Part shown: positions 42,006-51,596 of the stretch, piece after piece
Layout of the letters: the number at the start of each line of letters is the position of its first letter
How positions within the stretch are numbered: the first letter of the stretch is position 1
Assembly: GCA_013177825.1 (NCBI GenBank)
Contig: JABLXX010000004.1
Location: 101,990 to 165,989 of the forward strand
DNA: 64,000 bases
Source: Syntrophaceae bacterium
GTDB lineage: Bacteria; Desulfobacterota; Syntrophia; Syntrophales; PHBD01
Reading direction: 5' to 3'
Position numbers and translations under genes: made by a program
Notes under the pieces: generated by a model
Told to the model about the DNA's origin: nothing
The model's database searches: none
Seen by the model: only the letters and a program-made list of their open reading frames with translations

Positions 42006-45000
42006 GTGGCTCAATCAAGCGAAAAAATCGGTGCGGTCATGGTAGTGGGGTCCGGAATCGCCGGCATTCAGGCGTCCCTGGATCTGGCAAACTCCGGCTT
42101 GAAAGTTTATCTGGTGGAAAAAGGCATCAGCATCGGCGGCGTCATGGCCCAGCTGGACAAGACCTTTCCCACCAACGACTGTTCTGCCTGTATCCTTTCC
42201 CCGAAGCTGGTGGAAGTGGGCCGCCATCCCAACGTGGAGATTCTCACCCGGCGGACCGTAGAATCCGTAGAGGGTGAGCCGGGCCGCTTCAAGGTCCGGA
42301 TGACGAAGGCGCCGCGGTTCGTCGACCTCTCCAAGTGCACCGGCTGCGGCGACTGTGCCAATGTCTGCCCCATCTCCGTTCCTTCCGACTTCAACGAAAA
42401 CTTGAGCGAGCGGAAGGCCACCTATCGGCATTTTCCCCAGGCCATTCCCAGCGGCTTCGCCATCGACAAGCTCGGCACCTCCCCCTGCAAGGCGAACTGC
42501 CCCACCCACATCAGCGTGCAGGGCTACGTCGCCCTCATCGCCACGGGGAAATTCAAGGAAGCCCTGAAGCTCATCAAAAAAGACAACCCGTTCCCCATCG
42601 TCTGCGGCCGGGTCTGCAACCATCCCTGCGAGACCGCCTGCATGCGAGGCAAAGTCGACGAGCCCATCGACATCATGCACCTGAAACGGTTCGTGGCCGA
42701 TCTCGACCTGAAGGACGAGACCCGCTACATCCCCGACAAGAAGGAGAGCAAGGGCAAGAAGGTGGCCGTCGTCGGCGCCGGCCCCGCCGGCCTGACCTGC
42801 GCCTACTACCTGGCCGCCGAAGGCTATGACGTCGAGGTCTTCGAATCCCTCCCCGTCGCCGGCGGCTGGCTGGCAGTGGGCATTCCCGAGTACCGGCTTC
42901 CCAAGGATGTCCTGAAGGCCGAGATCAAGGTCATCGAGGACCTGGGGGTCAAGATCCACCTGAACAGACCCGTGGGCAAGGACCTCCCCTTCGCCCAGCT
43001 CCAGAAGGACTTCGATGCCGTCTTCATCGGCTGCGGAACCGTCAACAGCAGCAAGCTGAACATCCCCGGGGAAGACATGCAGGGCGTCATCCATGGCGTC
43101 GATTACCTGAAGCGGGTGAACCTGGGCGAGAAAGTCTTCCTGGGCGACAAGGTCGCCGTCGTCGGCGGCGGGAACGTCGCCATGGACGCCGTCCGGACGG
43201 CCATCCGTACGGGCTCGAAAGACGTCTTCATACTCTACCGCCGGTCCCGGGCCGAAATGCCCGCCTCGCCGGAGGAGATCGAAGAGGCCCTGGAAGAGGG
43301 CATCAAGATGGAATTCCTCGTGGCCCCCAAGCGGGTCGTGGGGGAAGGCGGCAAGGTCACGGGCATCGAGTGCACCCGGATGGAACTTGGCGAGCCCGAC
43401 GCCAGCGGGCGCAGGCGGCCCATCGAGATCAAGGGCTCCGAGTTCATCGTCCCCTGCGACGCCTTGATTCCCGCCATCGGCCAGGAGGCGGACCTTGATT
43501 TCGTGCCTGCCGAGAGCGGCATCTCCATCAACAAATGGAAGAACTTCGACGTCGACGCGGTCACCTTCGCGACGAACGTCCCCGGCGTTTTCGCCGGTGG
43601 CGACGTGGTCACGGGACCCCAGACGGTCGTCAAGGCCGTCTTTGCCGGGAAGGAAGCGGCGGTGTCCATCGACCGGTATCTCCAAGGCGAGGACATGGCG
43701 GCGGGCCGGGCCAAGGACTGGACGAAGGATCTGGCCGACAAGGCCGACGTGAGCGCCGTTCCAAAGGCCCCCCGGGTCAAATATCCCCACATGAAGCCCG
43801 ACGAGCGGCGGACGACCTTCCAGGAAGTCGGCATCGGCTTCGGCGAGGAGGAGGCCGTCCGGGAAGCCCAGCGCTGCCTGGCCTGCGGCATCTGCTCCGA
43901 GTGCTACCAGTGTGTCGACGCCTGCATCGCCGGCGCCATCAAGCATGACGATACATTTGAGGAAGAGACCATCGAGGTCGGCGCCGTCATCGCCGCCCCG
44001 GGCTTCGAGACCTTCGACGCCTCCATCCGTGGGGAATACGGCTTCGGCACCTACGCGAACGTCGTGACGGCCATCCAGTTCGAGCGGATCCTTTCCGCCT
44101 CGGGTCCCTACTTCGGCCACGTCCAGCGCATCTCCGACGGCAAGGAGCCCAAGAAGATCGCCTTCATCCAGTGCGTGGGCTCCCGGGACACCTCCTGCGG
44201 TAACAGCTGGTGCTCCTCCGTGTGCTGCATGTACGCTACGAAGGAGGCCATCATCGGCAAGGAGCACGCCAAGGAACTGGAGCCGACGATCTTCTTCATG
44301 GACATCCGGGCCCATGGAAAGGATTTCGACCGGTTCGTCAACCGGGCAAAGAACGAATACGGGATCCGATACATCCGCTCCATGCCCTCCAGCGTGAAAG
44401 AGCTCCAGCAGTCCAAGAACCTGCTCCTCAAGTACGTCACCGAGGACGGCAAACTCGTCGAGGAAGAATTCGAGATGGTGGTCCTCTCGGTGGGTCTGAC
44501 ACCTCCCCCGGAGGCGGCGAAGCTTGCCAAGGCCCTCGGGATCGACCTCGAAGAGCACGGATTCTGCCGGACCGCCCTTGAGAATCCCGTCGAGACCAGC
44601 CGGAACGGTGTCTTTGTCTGCGGTGCCTTCGGCGGTCCCAAGGACATCCCCGAGACGGTCATGGAAGCATCGAGCGCCGCGGCATGCGCCGCCGGTCTCC
44701 TGTCGGAACGCCGCGGAACGATGATCACCGAGGAGGAATTGCCTCTGGAGACGGACATCCGCGGGGTCGGTCCCCGGACAGGCGTTTTCGTCTGCCACTG
44801 CGGCATCAACATCGGCGGCGTGGTCGATGTTCCGGGAGTCGTTGAGTACGCCAAGACCCTGCCCAACGTGGTCTTCGCCACGGATAACCTCTTCACCTGT
44901 TCCCAGGACACGGCTGTGAAGATGGGCGAGGTCATCAAGGAACAGAACCTGACGCGCGTCGTTGTCGCCTCCTGCTCCCCCCGGACCCACGAGGGTCTTT

Positions 45001-46430
45001 TCCAGGAGAACTGTGAGAAGGCGGGACTCAACCGCTACCTCTTCGAGATGGCAAACATCCGGGACCAGGATTCGTGGGTCCACATGCACGAGCCCGAGGC
45101 GGCCACCGAGAAGGCCAAGGACCTGGTCAGAATGTCCATCGCCAAAGCCCAGTTCCTGAAGCCCCTGAAGCCGGGACAGCTGGGCGTCAACAAGAACGTC
45201 CTCATCATCGGCGGAGGGCTCGCGGGCATTACGGCGGCCCTCTCCTTTGCGGACCAGGGATTCAAGTCCTACATCGTCGAGAAGAAGCCGTCCCTGGGCG
45301 GCAACTACGCGAGCCTCTACTACACCCTCGAGGGGCTGGACACGAAGAAGCACCTGGCCGGCCTGATCGACCGGGTGAAGAAGAGCGAGCTGATCCAGGT
45401 CTATACGGGGACGGAGATCAAGAAGATCGAGGGCTTCATCGGCAACTACAAAACCACCGTCGCCACCCGGGACGGAGAAGAACAGTTCGAGCACGGCGTG
45501 GTCGTCGTGGCCACCGGCGGCTATGAGCTGGAGACCAAGGAATACCTGTACGGCCAGTCTGACCGCGTGCTGACCCAGCGCGACCTGGAGAAGTTGATCG
45601 CGGAGAAGGATGCAAAGGCCGCGGCAGCCAAGAGCGTCACGATGATCCAGTGCGTGGGCTCCCGCATCCCCGAGCGGCCCTACTGCAGCCGCTACTGCTG
45701 CTCCGAGGCGATCAAGAACGCCCTGAAGCTCAAGGAAATGGACCCGGAGAAGGATGTCACGGTCATATACCGCGACATCCGGACCTTCGGTCTCAAGGAA
45801 GACTTCTACAAGAAGGCCAGGGAGCTGAATGTCAAGTTCGTCCGCTACGACGAGGACCGGAAACCCGAAGTGAGGGCCGAGGGGGACAAGCTGGTGATCC
45901 GGCTGCTCGATCCCATCCTCAACGAGACGGTGGAACTGAAGACGGATCTCCTGGCGCTCAGCGTCGGCACTGTTCCGAATCCGGAGAATGAAGAAATCGG
46001 CAAGATGCTGAAGGTGCCGACCAACCAGGACGGATTCTTCCTGGAGGCCCACGTGAAGCTCCGCCCGGTCGATTTTGCCACCGACGGCGTCTTCATGTGC
46101 GGCATGGCCCATGCGCCGAAACTGAGCGAGGATTCGATCGTTCAGGCAAACGCCGCGGTCTCCAGGGCCTGCACGATCCTGACGAAGGACTTCATCGAGG
46201 CCGAGGGCAAGACGGCCTATGTCAACAAAGAGCGGTGCGCCGCCTGTGGGCTCTGCGAGGTCAACTGTCCCTTCAGCGCCATCGCCGTGGATCTTGCCGA
46301 AGGATGCGCGGCGGTCAATACCGTCCTTTGCAAGGGCTGCGGGGTCTGCACGGCCTCCTGCCGCATGAACGCAGTAGACCTCAACGGTTTCAACAACGAA
46401 GAGGTGCTGGCGCAGATCGCCGCCCTGTAA
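42006..46430 (+). CDS. giant HdrA-type flavoprotein with inserted GltD/NfnB-like NAD(P)H module and duplicated HdrA core (HdrL-type)
   Basis: ORF 42006..46430 (GTG), 1474 aa. Domain order read by eye: (1) HdrA FAD start VMVVGSGIAGIQASLDLA. (2) GltD-like insert: CGRVCNHPCETAC, VAVVGAGPAGLTCAYYLA, VAVVGGGNVAMD, VFAGGDVV. (3) HdrA core: IQCVGSRD, CSSVCCMYATKEA, VFVCHCGINIGG. (4) Second repeat: VLIIGGGLAGITAAL, IQCVGSRIPERPYCSRYCCSEA. (5) C-terminal CAACGLCEVNCP and CKGCGVCTASC. Confidence 0.85.
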   Translation: MAQSSEKIGAVMVVGSGIAGIQASLDLANSGLKVYLVEKGISIGGVMAQLDKTFPTNDCSACILSPKLVEVGRHPNVEILTRRTVESVEGEPGRFKVRMTKAPRFVDLSKCTGCGDCANVCPISVPSDFNENLSERKATYRHFPQAIPSGFAIDKLGTSPCKANCPTHISVQGYVALIATGKFKEALKLIKKDNPFPIVCGRVCNHPCETACMRGKVDEPIDIMHLKRFVADLDLKDETRYIPDKKESKGKKVAVVGAGPAGLTCAYYLAAEGYDVEVFESLPVAGGWLAVGIPEYRLPKDVLKAEIKVIEDLGVKIHLNRPVGKDLPFAQLQKDFDAVFIGCGTVNSSKLNIPGEDMQGVIHGVDYLKRVNLGEKVFLGDKVAVVGGGNVAMDAVRTAIRTGSKDVFILYRRSRAEMPASPEEIEEALEEGIKMEFLVAPKRVVGEGGKVTGIECTRMELGEPDASGRRRPIEIKGSEFIVPCDALIPAIGQEADLDFVPAESGISINKWKNFDVDAVTFATNVPGVFAGGDVVTGPQTVVKAVFAGKEAAVSIDRYLQGEDMAAGRAKDWTKDLADKADVSAVPKAPRVKYPHMKPDERRTTFQEVGIGFGEEEAVREAQRCLACGICSECYQCVDACIAGAIKHDDTFEEETIEVGAVIAAPGFETFDASIRGEYGFGTYANVVTAIQFERILSASGPYFGHVQRISDGKEPKKIAFIQCVGSRDTSCGNSWCSSVCCMYATKEAIIGKEHAKELEPTIFFMDIRAHGKDFDRFVNRAKNEYGIRYIRSMPSSVKELQQSKNLLLKYVTEDGKLVEEEFEMVVLSVGLTPPPEAAKLAKALGIDLEEHGFCRTALENPVETSRNGVFVCGAFGGPKDIPETVMEASSAAACAAGLLSERRGTMITEEELPLETDIRGVGPRTGVFVCHCGINIGGVVDVPGVVEYAKTLPNVVFATDNLFTCSQDTAVKMGEVIKEQNLTRVVVASCSPRTHEGLFQENCEKAGLNRYLFEMANIRDQDSWVHMHEPEAATEKAKDLVRMSIAKAQFLKPLKPGQLGVNKNVLIIGGGLAGITAALSFADQGFKSYIVEKKPSLGGNYASLYYTLEGLDTKKHLAGLIDRVKKSELIQVYTGTEIKKIEGFIGNYKTTVATRDGEEQFEHGVVVVATGGYELETKEYLYGQSDRVLTQRDLEKLIAEKDAKAAAAKSVTMIQCVGSRIPERPYCSRYCCSEAIKNALKLKEMDPEKDVTVIYRDIRTFGLKEDFYKKARELNVKFVRYDEDRKPEVRAEGDKLVIRLLDPILNETVELKTDLLALSVGTVPNPENEEIGKMLKVPTNQDGFFLEAHVKLRPVDFATDGVFMCGMAHAPKLSEDSIVQANAAVSRACTILTKDFIEAEGKTAYVNKERCAACGLCEVNCPFSAIAVDLAEGCAAVNTVLCKGCGVCTASCRMNAVDLNGFNNEEVLAQIAAL

Positions 46431-46481
46431 CCGGCGGCGCGGATACGCGGTTGAATTAATCCCAACAGAAACGGAGCCGAT

Positions 46482-46919
46482 ATGTCTGGACAGCAAGCCA
46501 AGGAAAACTGGGAGCCGAAAATCGTGGCCATCGTCTGCAACTGGTGTACTTACGCCGGGGCGGATCTGGCCGGGATCAGCCGGATCCAGTATCCTCCGAA
46601 CGTTCGCATCATCCGCGTCCCCTGCACGGGACGGATCAACCCCTTCTACGTCGTGAAGGCCCTTCAGGAAGGGGCCGACGGCGTTCTGGTTTCCGGCTGC
46701 CACCCCGGTGAATGCCACTATCTGTCGGGCAATCTTTCGGCCCGCCGGAAATTTGCCACACTGAAACGTTTCCTCTCCTACATCGGCCTGGAGGGAGATC
46801 GGACCATTTTTACCTGGGTATCCGCCTCCGAAGGGGAACGGTTCGCCAAGGTCATCAAGGGGGTAACGGAGCGGGTGACCGCCCTCGGGCCGGCGAACAA
46901 GCTGGCGAAGAAGCTCTGA
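46482..46919 (+). CDS. mvhD: MvhD/FlxD-type [2Fe-2S] protein (methyl-viologen-reducing hydrogenase delta subunit family)
   Basis: ORF 46482..46919. IVAIVCNWCTYAGADLAG, RVPCTGRINP, VSGCHPGECHY. Confidence 0.85.
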   Translation: MSGQQAKENWEPKIVAIVCNWCTYAGADLAGISRIQYPPNVRIIRVPCTGRINPFYVVKALQEGADGVLVSGCHPGECHYLSGNLSARRKFATLKRFLSYIGLEGDRTIFTWVSASEGERFAKVIKGVTERVTALGPANKLAKKL

Positions 46920-47046
46920 GCCATTGTGAGCCGTCCCGGCGGATCGGGAGCACCCGGCGGGAGAGCCCGATCCGGAAACGCTTTCGCGGGGCGTAGGTTG
47001 CCAGACGAAATTTCGTATTCAACTCGAAGACGAGGACTCGAACAAA

Positions 47047-48054
47047 GTGGAAAACATTCAGAAAAAGCTGCGGGAAGAGGCAGGTAGACTCCTGGAGGAG
47101 AAGAAGGTGGATGTTATCGTCGGCTACGAGGCGGGAACACTGCCCGCAACGGCGACCCCCTGTTTCATCACCCTTCCGGAAGAAGCTCAGAAGCTGGTAT
47201 GGAATTCCTTCTGCACCCAGAACCTCGCCAAGTTCGTCCATGACCTGATCTCCCAGCACCGGAACGCGCAGAAGCGGGTCAAGCCGGAGGACCGGAAGAA
47301 GAAGGTGGTCGGCGTGGTGGCCCGGGGCTGTACGAGCCGGTCCATCGTCCTGTGTCTCCAGGAGAGACAGTACAATCGGGACGAGGTCGTGATCCTCGGC
47401 GTGCCCTGTACGGGATACGTGGAACGCAAAAAGCTCGCGGCGGCCCTCGGCGGCGAGGAGGTCCTCGAAGCAACCGTCGCCGGCGACTCGATCACCGTGA
47501 AAACGCCCGCCGGCGAAAAGAAACTGGCCCTGAAGGATGCCCTGGCGGACTGCTGCATCACCTGCCGCTTCAACAACCCGGTCATCTCGGACGTGATGCT
47601 GGGAGAGAACGCCGCGCCCATGGACGCCGATAGGGAATACGAGGAAGTGACGGCCTTCGAAAACCTGCCGATCGAGGAGCGCTGGGCCTACTTCGAGAAG
47701 GAGATGGCCAAGTGCATCCGTTGTTATGCTTGCCGTCAGGCCTGCCCGTCCTGCTACTGCGCCGTCTGCTTCATGGACCAGAGCCAGCCCCAGTGGGTCG
47801 GAATCGGCGAGGACGCCACCGACACCCAGGTCTTCCAGTTCATGCGCCTCTATCACATGGTGGGACGTTGTGTGGACTGCGGTTCCTGCGTGTCCGTCTG
47901 CCCCATGGGAGTGGATCTGAGAAAGTTCCTCAAGAAACTCGACAAGGACTGCCTCGAGATGTTCAACAACCGGGTCGGCTCCTCGATGGAAGACGTTCCG
48001 CCGCTGTCGACCTACAGCGAACACGACAAGGACGATTTTATTTTCAACCCGTAG
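47047..48054 (+). CDS. Hdr/Flx-associated iron-sulfur protein (FlxC-like candidate)
   Basis: ORF 47047..48054 (GTG), 335 aa. Cys motifs CIRCYACRQACPSCYC and CVDCGSCVSVCP. It sits between mvhD and hdrC. Confidence 0.6.
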   Translation: MENIQKKLREEAGRLLEEKKVDVIVGYEAGTLPATATPCFITLPEEAQKLVWNSFCTQNLAKFVHDLISQHRNAQKRVKPEDRKKKVVGVVARGCTSRSIVLCLQERQYNRDEVVILGVPCTGYVERKKLAAALGGEEVLEATVAGDSITVKTPAGEKKLALKDALADCCITCRFNNPVISDVMLGENAAPMDADREYEEVTAFENLPIEERWAYFEKEMAKCIRCYACRQACPSCYCAVCFMDQSQPQWVGIGEDATDTQVFQFMRLYHMVGRCVDCGSCVSVCPMGVDLRKFLKKLDKDCLEMFNNRVGSSMEDVPPLSTYSEHDKDDFIFNP

Positions 48055-48129
48055 AGAAATGGGAGAGGCGCCGGTCGGATCCTTCGGGGACGGCCGCTGA
48101 CCGAAGATTTCGAGACGAACGGAGAGGAC

Positions 48130-48657
48130 ATGAAGACATTTCTCGATGAAGTGAACGAAAAAATCCACGGGGTCCCCATCCAGCGATGCTATCACTGCCG
48201 GAAGTGCACCGCCGGCTGCCCCCTGGCCTCCGTCATGGAATACAACCCGAACAAGATCATCAAGATGATCCAGTTGGGCAAAAAGGCGGAAGTACTGGGA
48301 AGCTCCACCATCTGGCTTTGCGCGTCCTGCGAGACCTGCATTACCCGCTGCCCGAACGAGGTGGACATCGCCCGCATGATGGACGCACTCCGCGAGATGG
48401 CCATCACCTCCGGCGTCGGGGCCCGGGAAAAGAACGTTCTCCATTTCCACGAGGCCTTCCTGGCGAACATTCGCTCCAACGGCCGCATCAACGAGACGAT
48501 GATGACGGTCAACTACAAGCTCAAGTCGGGAGATCTCTTCTCCGATGCCGCAATGGGGATCAGCATGTTCATGAAGGGAAAGCTCGCCCTGATCTCTCCC
48601 AAGACGAAGGATATCCAGTCCGTGCGGGGCATCTTCGATAAGACGAAGAACGCCTGA
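48130..48657 (+). CDS. hdrC: heterodisulfide reductase subunit C-like protein
   Basis: ORF 48130..48657, 175 aa. CYHCRKCTAGCP and CASCETCITRCP. Confidence 0.8.
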   Translation: MKTFLDEVNEKIHGVPIQRCYHCRKCTAGCPLASVMEYNPNKIIKMIQLGKKAEVLGSSTIWLCASCETCITRCPNEVDIARMMDALREMAITSGVGAREKNVLHFHEAFLANIRSNGRINETMMTVNYKLKSGDLFSDAAMGISMFMKGKLALISPKTKDIQSVRGIFDKTKNA

Positions 48658-48686
48658 CGCAACAGTCCACCTGAAGGAGGCAAGCG

Positions 48687-49538
48687 TTGAAAGTTCAATA
48701 TTATCCGGGATGTTCCCTCCACGGGACGGCGAAGGAATATGACCAGTCCGTCAAGGCGGTCAGTCGGGCCCTCGGGATCGAGCTGAAGGAAGTGGAGGAC
48801 TGGTCCTGCTGCGGGGCGACATCGGCCCACGCCACCAATTTCAAGTTGTCCGTGGCCCTGCCCGCCCGGAATCTGGCGGCCGCCGAGAAATCGGATCTCA
48901 AGGAAGTCATGGTTCCCTGCGCCGCCTGCTTCAATCGCTTCAAGTCGGCCCAGCACCATCTTGCCGAAGATGCCGCCCTGAAGACGGAAGTGGAAAAGAT
49001 CCTGGGGCGGAAAGTCAAGGGAACGGTTTCCGTCCGCAATCCCATTGATATCTTCTGCAAAGACATCGGGCTGGATGTCCTGGAGGGCAAGGTTGCCCGG
49101 AAACTGACCGGCCTGAAACCCGTTTCCTATTACGGATGCCTCCTTCTGCGTCCGCCGGAAGTGTGCCAGTTCGACGATTACGAAAACCCTGTGCTTCTGG
49201 ACAAGCTGCTCAGGGCGATGGGTGCGGATGTTCGTCCCTGGTCCTACAAGACCGACTGCTGCGGCGGCAGCCTGACTATCAGCCGGACAGACATCGTGAT
49301 CAAGATGGTGGATAAACTGGTTGCCATGGCCCGGGAGGCGGGAGCCAACTGCGTCGTGACCGCCTGTCCGGTCTGCATGGCCAATCTGGACATGAGGGCC
49401 AGCGAGAATGTCCGCCTGCCCGTCTTCTATTTCACGGAACTGGTGGCTCTGGCCATGGGACTCCAGGGGCCCTCGTCCTGGTTCAAGCTCCACAACGTGG
49501 ACCCGACTCCCCTGGTGAGCGGGCTGGGCCTCCTGTAG
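48687..49538 (+). CDS. hdrB: heterodisulfide reductase subunit B-like protein (two CCG domains)
   Basis: ORF 48687..49538, TTG start 6 nt after GAAGGAGG. CCG motifs WSCCGA and TDCCGG, with PCAAC and ACPVC contexts. Confidence 0.8.
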   Translation: MKVQYYPGCSLHGTAKEYDQSVKAVSRALGIELKEVEDWSCCGATSAHATNFKLSVALPARNLAAAEKSDLKEVMVPCAACFNRFKSAQHHLAEDAALKTEVEKILGRKVKGTVSVRNPIDIFCKDIGLDVLEGKVARKLTGLKPVSYYGCLLLRPPEVCQFDDYENPVLLDKLLRAMGADVRPWSYKTDCCGGSLTISRTDIVIKMVDKLVAMAREAGANCVVTACPVCMANLDMRASENVRLPVFYFTELVALAMGLQGPSSWFKLHNVDPTPLVSGLGLL

Positions 49539-49614
49539 CGTATAAGACCCTTTCGGCCGGCCGCCGCGAACCGGCGGTGATAAACATCTTTCATACAGAA
49601 GAAAAAGGGACGTT

Positions 49615-50637
49615 ATGGAAAAACGGTTGATCAAGAAGGACGCCCTCGGGGGCATCATCAGGAAGATCGGTGAGGACGGACCCGTGTTCGCACCGGTGAA
49701 GGTGGAGGACAATGTCCTCTTCAAGCTGCTGGAAAAAGGGGAGGAGCCCCTCACGGCCTTTTCCAACAGCAAGAACGCACCGAAGAACTTCTTCTTTCCG
49801 CGGACGGAAGTGATGATGCGCTACACGCGGACCCCGAAGGGGACGGAATTCGCGAGCCTGGAAGCGGAAAGCGGACAGGCCGTCCTCTTCGGCGTACGCC
49901 CCTGTGACGCCCGGAGTTTTGTCCTCCTGGACATGCTCTTCGATCAGGAGAAGTACAAGGATCCATTCTGGATCGACAAGCGGAATAAAACGACGATCGT
50001 CGCTCTGGCCTGCAGTCGTCCGCCCTATACGACCTGCTTTTGTACGTCCGTAGGCGGGCACCCCGTTTCCTCCGAGGGGGCCGACGTCCTGCTGACCGAT
50101 CTGGGTGATCAGGTCCTGGCTGAGTTCATCACCGAAAAAGGAGCGAAACTCCTGAAGTATTTTGGCGATGCTCAGGCTGACGAGGGAGCCGCGAAAAAGA
50201 AAGAGGAAATCGCCGCCCAGGCGGAGCAGGCCATTTCGTCCAAAATCCCGGCGAAAGAAATCAAGCCGATCCTGGACGAGAACTTCGAGCACCCCTTCTG
50301 GAACACGATCCATCAGAAGTGTCTGGCCTGTGGAACCTGCACCTACCTGTGTCCGACGTGTCACTGCTTCGACATCAGCGATGAGATGAAGTACGGTGAC
50401 GGCCGGCGCTTGCGGAACTGGGACTCCTGCATGTATCCGCTGTTCACGAAGGAAACGTCGGGGCACAACCCGAGGATGACCCAGAAGGAGCGTTGGCGCC
50501 AGCGGACGATGCACAAGTTCAAGTATTACGTGGACAATTTCAACGCCATCGCCTGCGTGGGCTGCGGGCGCTGCGTGATGTACTGCCCTGTGAACATCGA
50601 CATCCGTAAAATTGTTCAGGACATTTCGACATTATAA
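49615..50637 (+). CDS. 4Fe-4S protein of the AsrA / FlxB type
   Basis: ORF 49615..50637, 340 aa. CLACGTCTYLCPTCHCFD and CVGCGRCVMYCP. Confidence 0.65.
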   Translation: MEKRLIKKDALGGIIRKIGEDGPVFAPVKVEDNVLFKLLEKGEEPLTAFSNSKNAPKNFFFPRTEVMMRYTRTPKGTEFASLEAESGQAVLFGVRPCDARSFVLLDMLFDQEKYKDPFWIDKRNKTTIVALACSRPPYTTCFCTSVGGHPVSSEGADVLLTDLGDQVLAEFITEKGAKLLKYFGDAQADEGAAKKKEEIAAQAEQAISSKIPAKEIKPILDENFEHPFWNTIHQKCLACGTCTYLCPTCHCFDISDEMKYGDGRRLRNWDSCMYPLFTKETSGHNPRMTQKERWRQRTMHKFKYYVDNFNAIACVGCGRCVMYCPVNIDIRKIVQDISTL

Positions 50638-50652
50638 TATCGGGAGAGCGCA

Positions 50653-51492
50653 ATGCAGAATCCATACGTACCCTACCCCGTGGAAGTGATCAAGATCGTC
50701 ACCGAGGTGGACACCAAGGACATCAAGACCTTCCGCTTCGCCTTCCTCAATAAGGAGGACGAGGAGAAGTTCCGGTACATCCCGGGCCAGTTCGGAGAAC
50801 TGTCCATCTTCGGCAAAGGCGAATCCCCCATCGGGATCGCGTCTTCTCCCACCCAGAAGGGATATGTGGAATTCACGGTCCAGAAGGCCGGCGTCGTCAC
50901 CACGGCCCTCCACGAAATGGAGGAAGGCACCCGGATGGGGCTCCGCGGGCCGCTCGGAAATTCCTGGCCCATCGAGTTCCTGGAGGGAAAGAATATCGTC
51001 ATCGTGGGTGGCGGCTTTGCCTTCACGACGCTGCGTTCCCTGATCAATTACATGATCCACGGGGACAACCGGAAGCGTTTCGGCAAGATCACCGTGGTTT
51101 ACGGCGCCCGCAATCCGGGACTCCTCATCTACAAGGATGAATTGGAGACATGGTCCAAACGGGACGATATCGATCTCAACGTAACCGTCGACAAGGGAGA
51201 TGCCGGCTGGAAAGGGCGGGAGGGCTTCGTGCCCACGGTCTGCAAGGAAGTGGCGCCCAGTTCTGAAAACGCCGTGACGGTCATCTGCGGTCCCCCGGTC
51301 ATGATCCGCTTCACCCTGCCGGTCTTCTTCGATCTCGGCTTCTCCAAGGAGAACATCATCACATCGCTGGAGATGCGGATGAAGTGCGGCATCGGAAAGT
51401 GCGGGCGCTGCAATGTCGGCAGCAAGTACGTCTGCAAGGACGGCCCCGTGTTTACCCTGGCGGAGCTGGACAAGCTGACGAAGGAATACTGA
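50653..51492 (+). CDS. FAD/NAD(P)H-binding ferredoxin-reductase-type subunit with C-terminal [2Fe-2S] (AsrB / HydG / FlxA type)
   Basis: ORF 50653..51492, 279 aa. RYIPGQFGELS flavin motif, IVIVGGGFAFTTL nucleotide motif, CGIGKCGRCNVG cluster. Confidence 0.7.
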   Translation: MQNPYVPYPVEVIKIVTEVDTKDIKTFRFAFLNKEDEEKFRYIPGQFGELSIFGKGESPIGIASSPTQKGYVEFTVQKAGVVTTALHEMEEGTRMGLRGPLGNSWPIEFLEGKNIVIVGGGFAFTTLRSLINYMIHGDNRKRFGKITVVYGARNPGLLIYKDELETWSKRDDIDLNVTVDKGDAGWKGREGFVPTVCKEVAPSSENAVTVICGPPVMIRFTLPVFFDLGFSKENIITSLEMRMKCGIGKCGRCNVGSKYVCKDGPVFTLAELDKLTKEY

Positions 51493-51552
51493 AGCGGCGG
51501 GCCTTTCGAAAATCGTCGGCTGAATTCTCAAGCCGCAATGGAAGTCGATTCC

Positions 51553-51576
51553 GGGGAGCTTCAGGCTCCCCTTTTT
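51553..51576 (+). terminator. rho-independent terminator/attenuator between the Flx-like genes and nfnA
   Basis: GGGGAGC ttcag GCTCCCC (7-bp GC stem 51553-51559 / 51565-51571) followed by TTTTT (51572-51576). It lies only about 20 nt before the nfnA start. Confidence 0.6.
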
Positions 51577-51596
51577 ATGTCAAGGGGGAAACAGCC

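Noticed and set aside
42006-46430. Checked the HdrA-type gene for an in-frame TGA (selenocysteine), as occurs in some deltaproteobacterial HdrA/HdrL.
   Set aside because: The reading frame is uninterrupted and Cys codons occupy the relevant motifs. There is no evidence of recoding.
42015-46718. 1567-aa minus-strand ORF antisense to the giant HdrA gene and mvhD. Many similar long antisense or alternative-frame ORFs occur elsewhere, for example 347..919, 1324..2277, 13115..14506, 16825..17958, 46855..48450 and 60854..62200.
   Set aside because: Their translations are low-complexity Arg/Gly/Pro/Asp/His-rich strings with no motifs. They are the expected stop-codon-poor shadow frames of high-GC coding DNA. 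The opposite or other frame carries clear family motifs.
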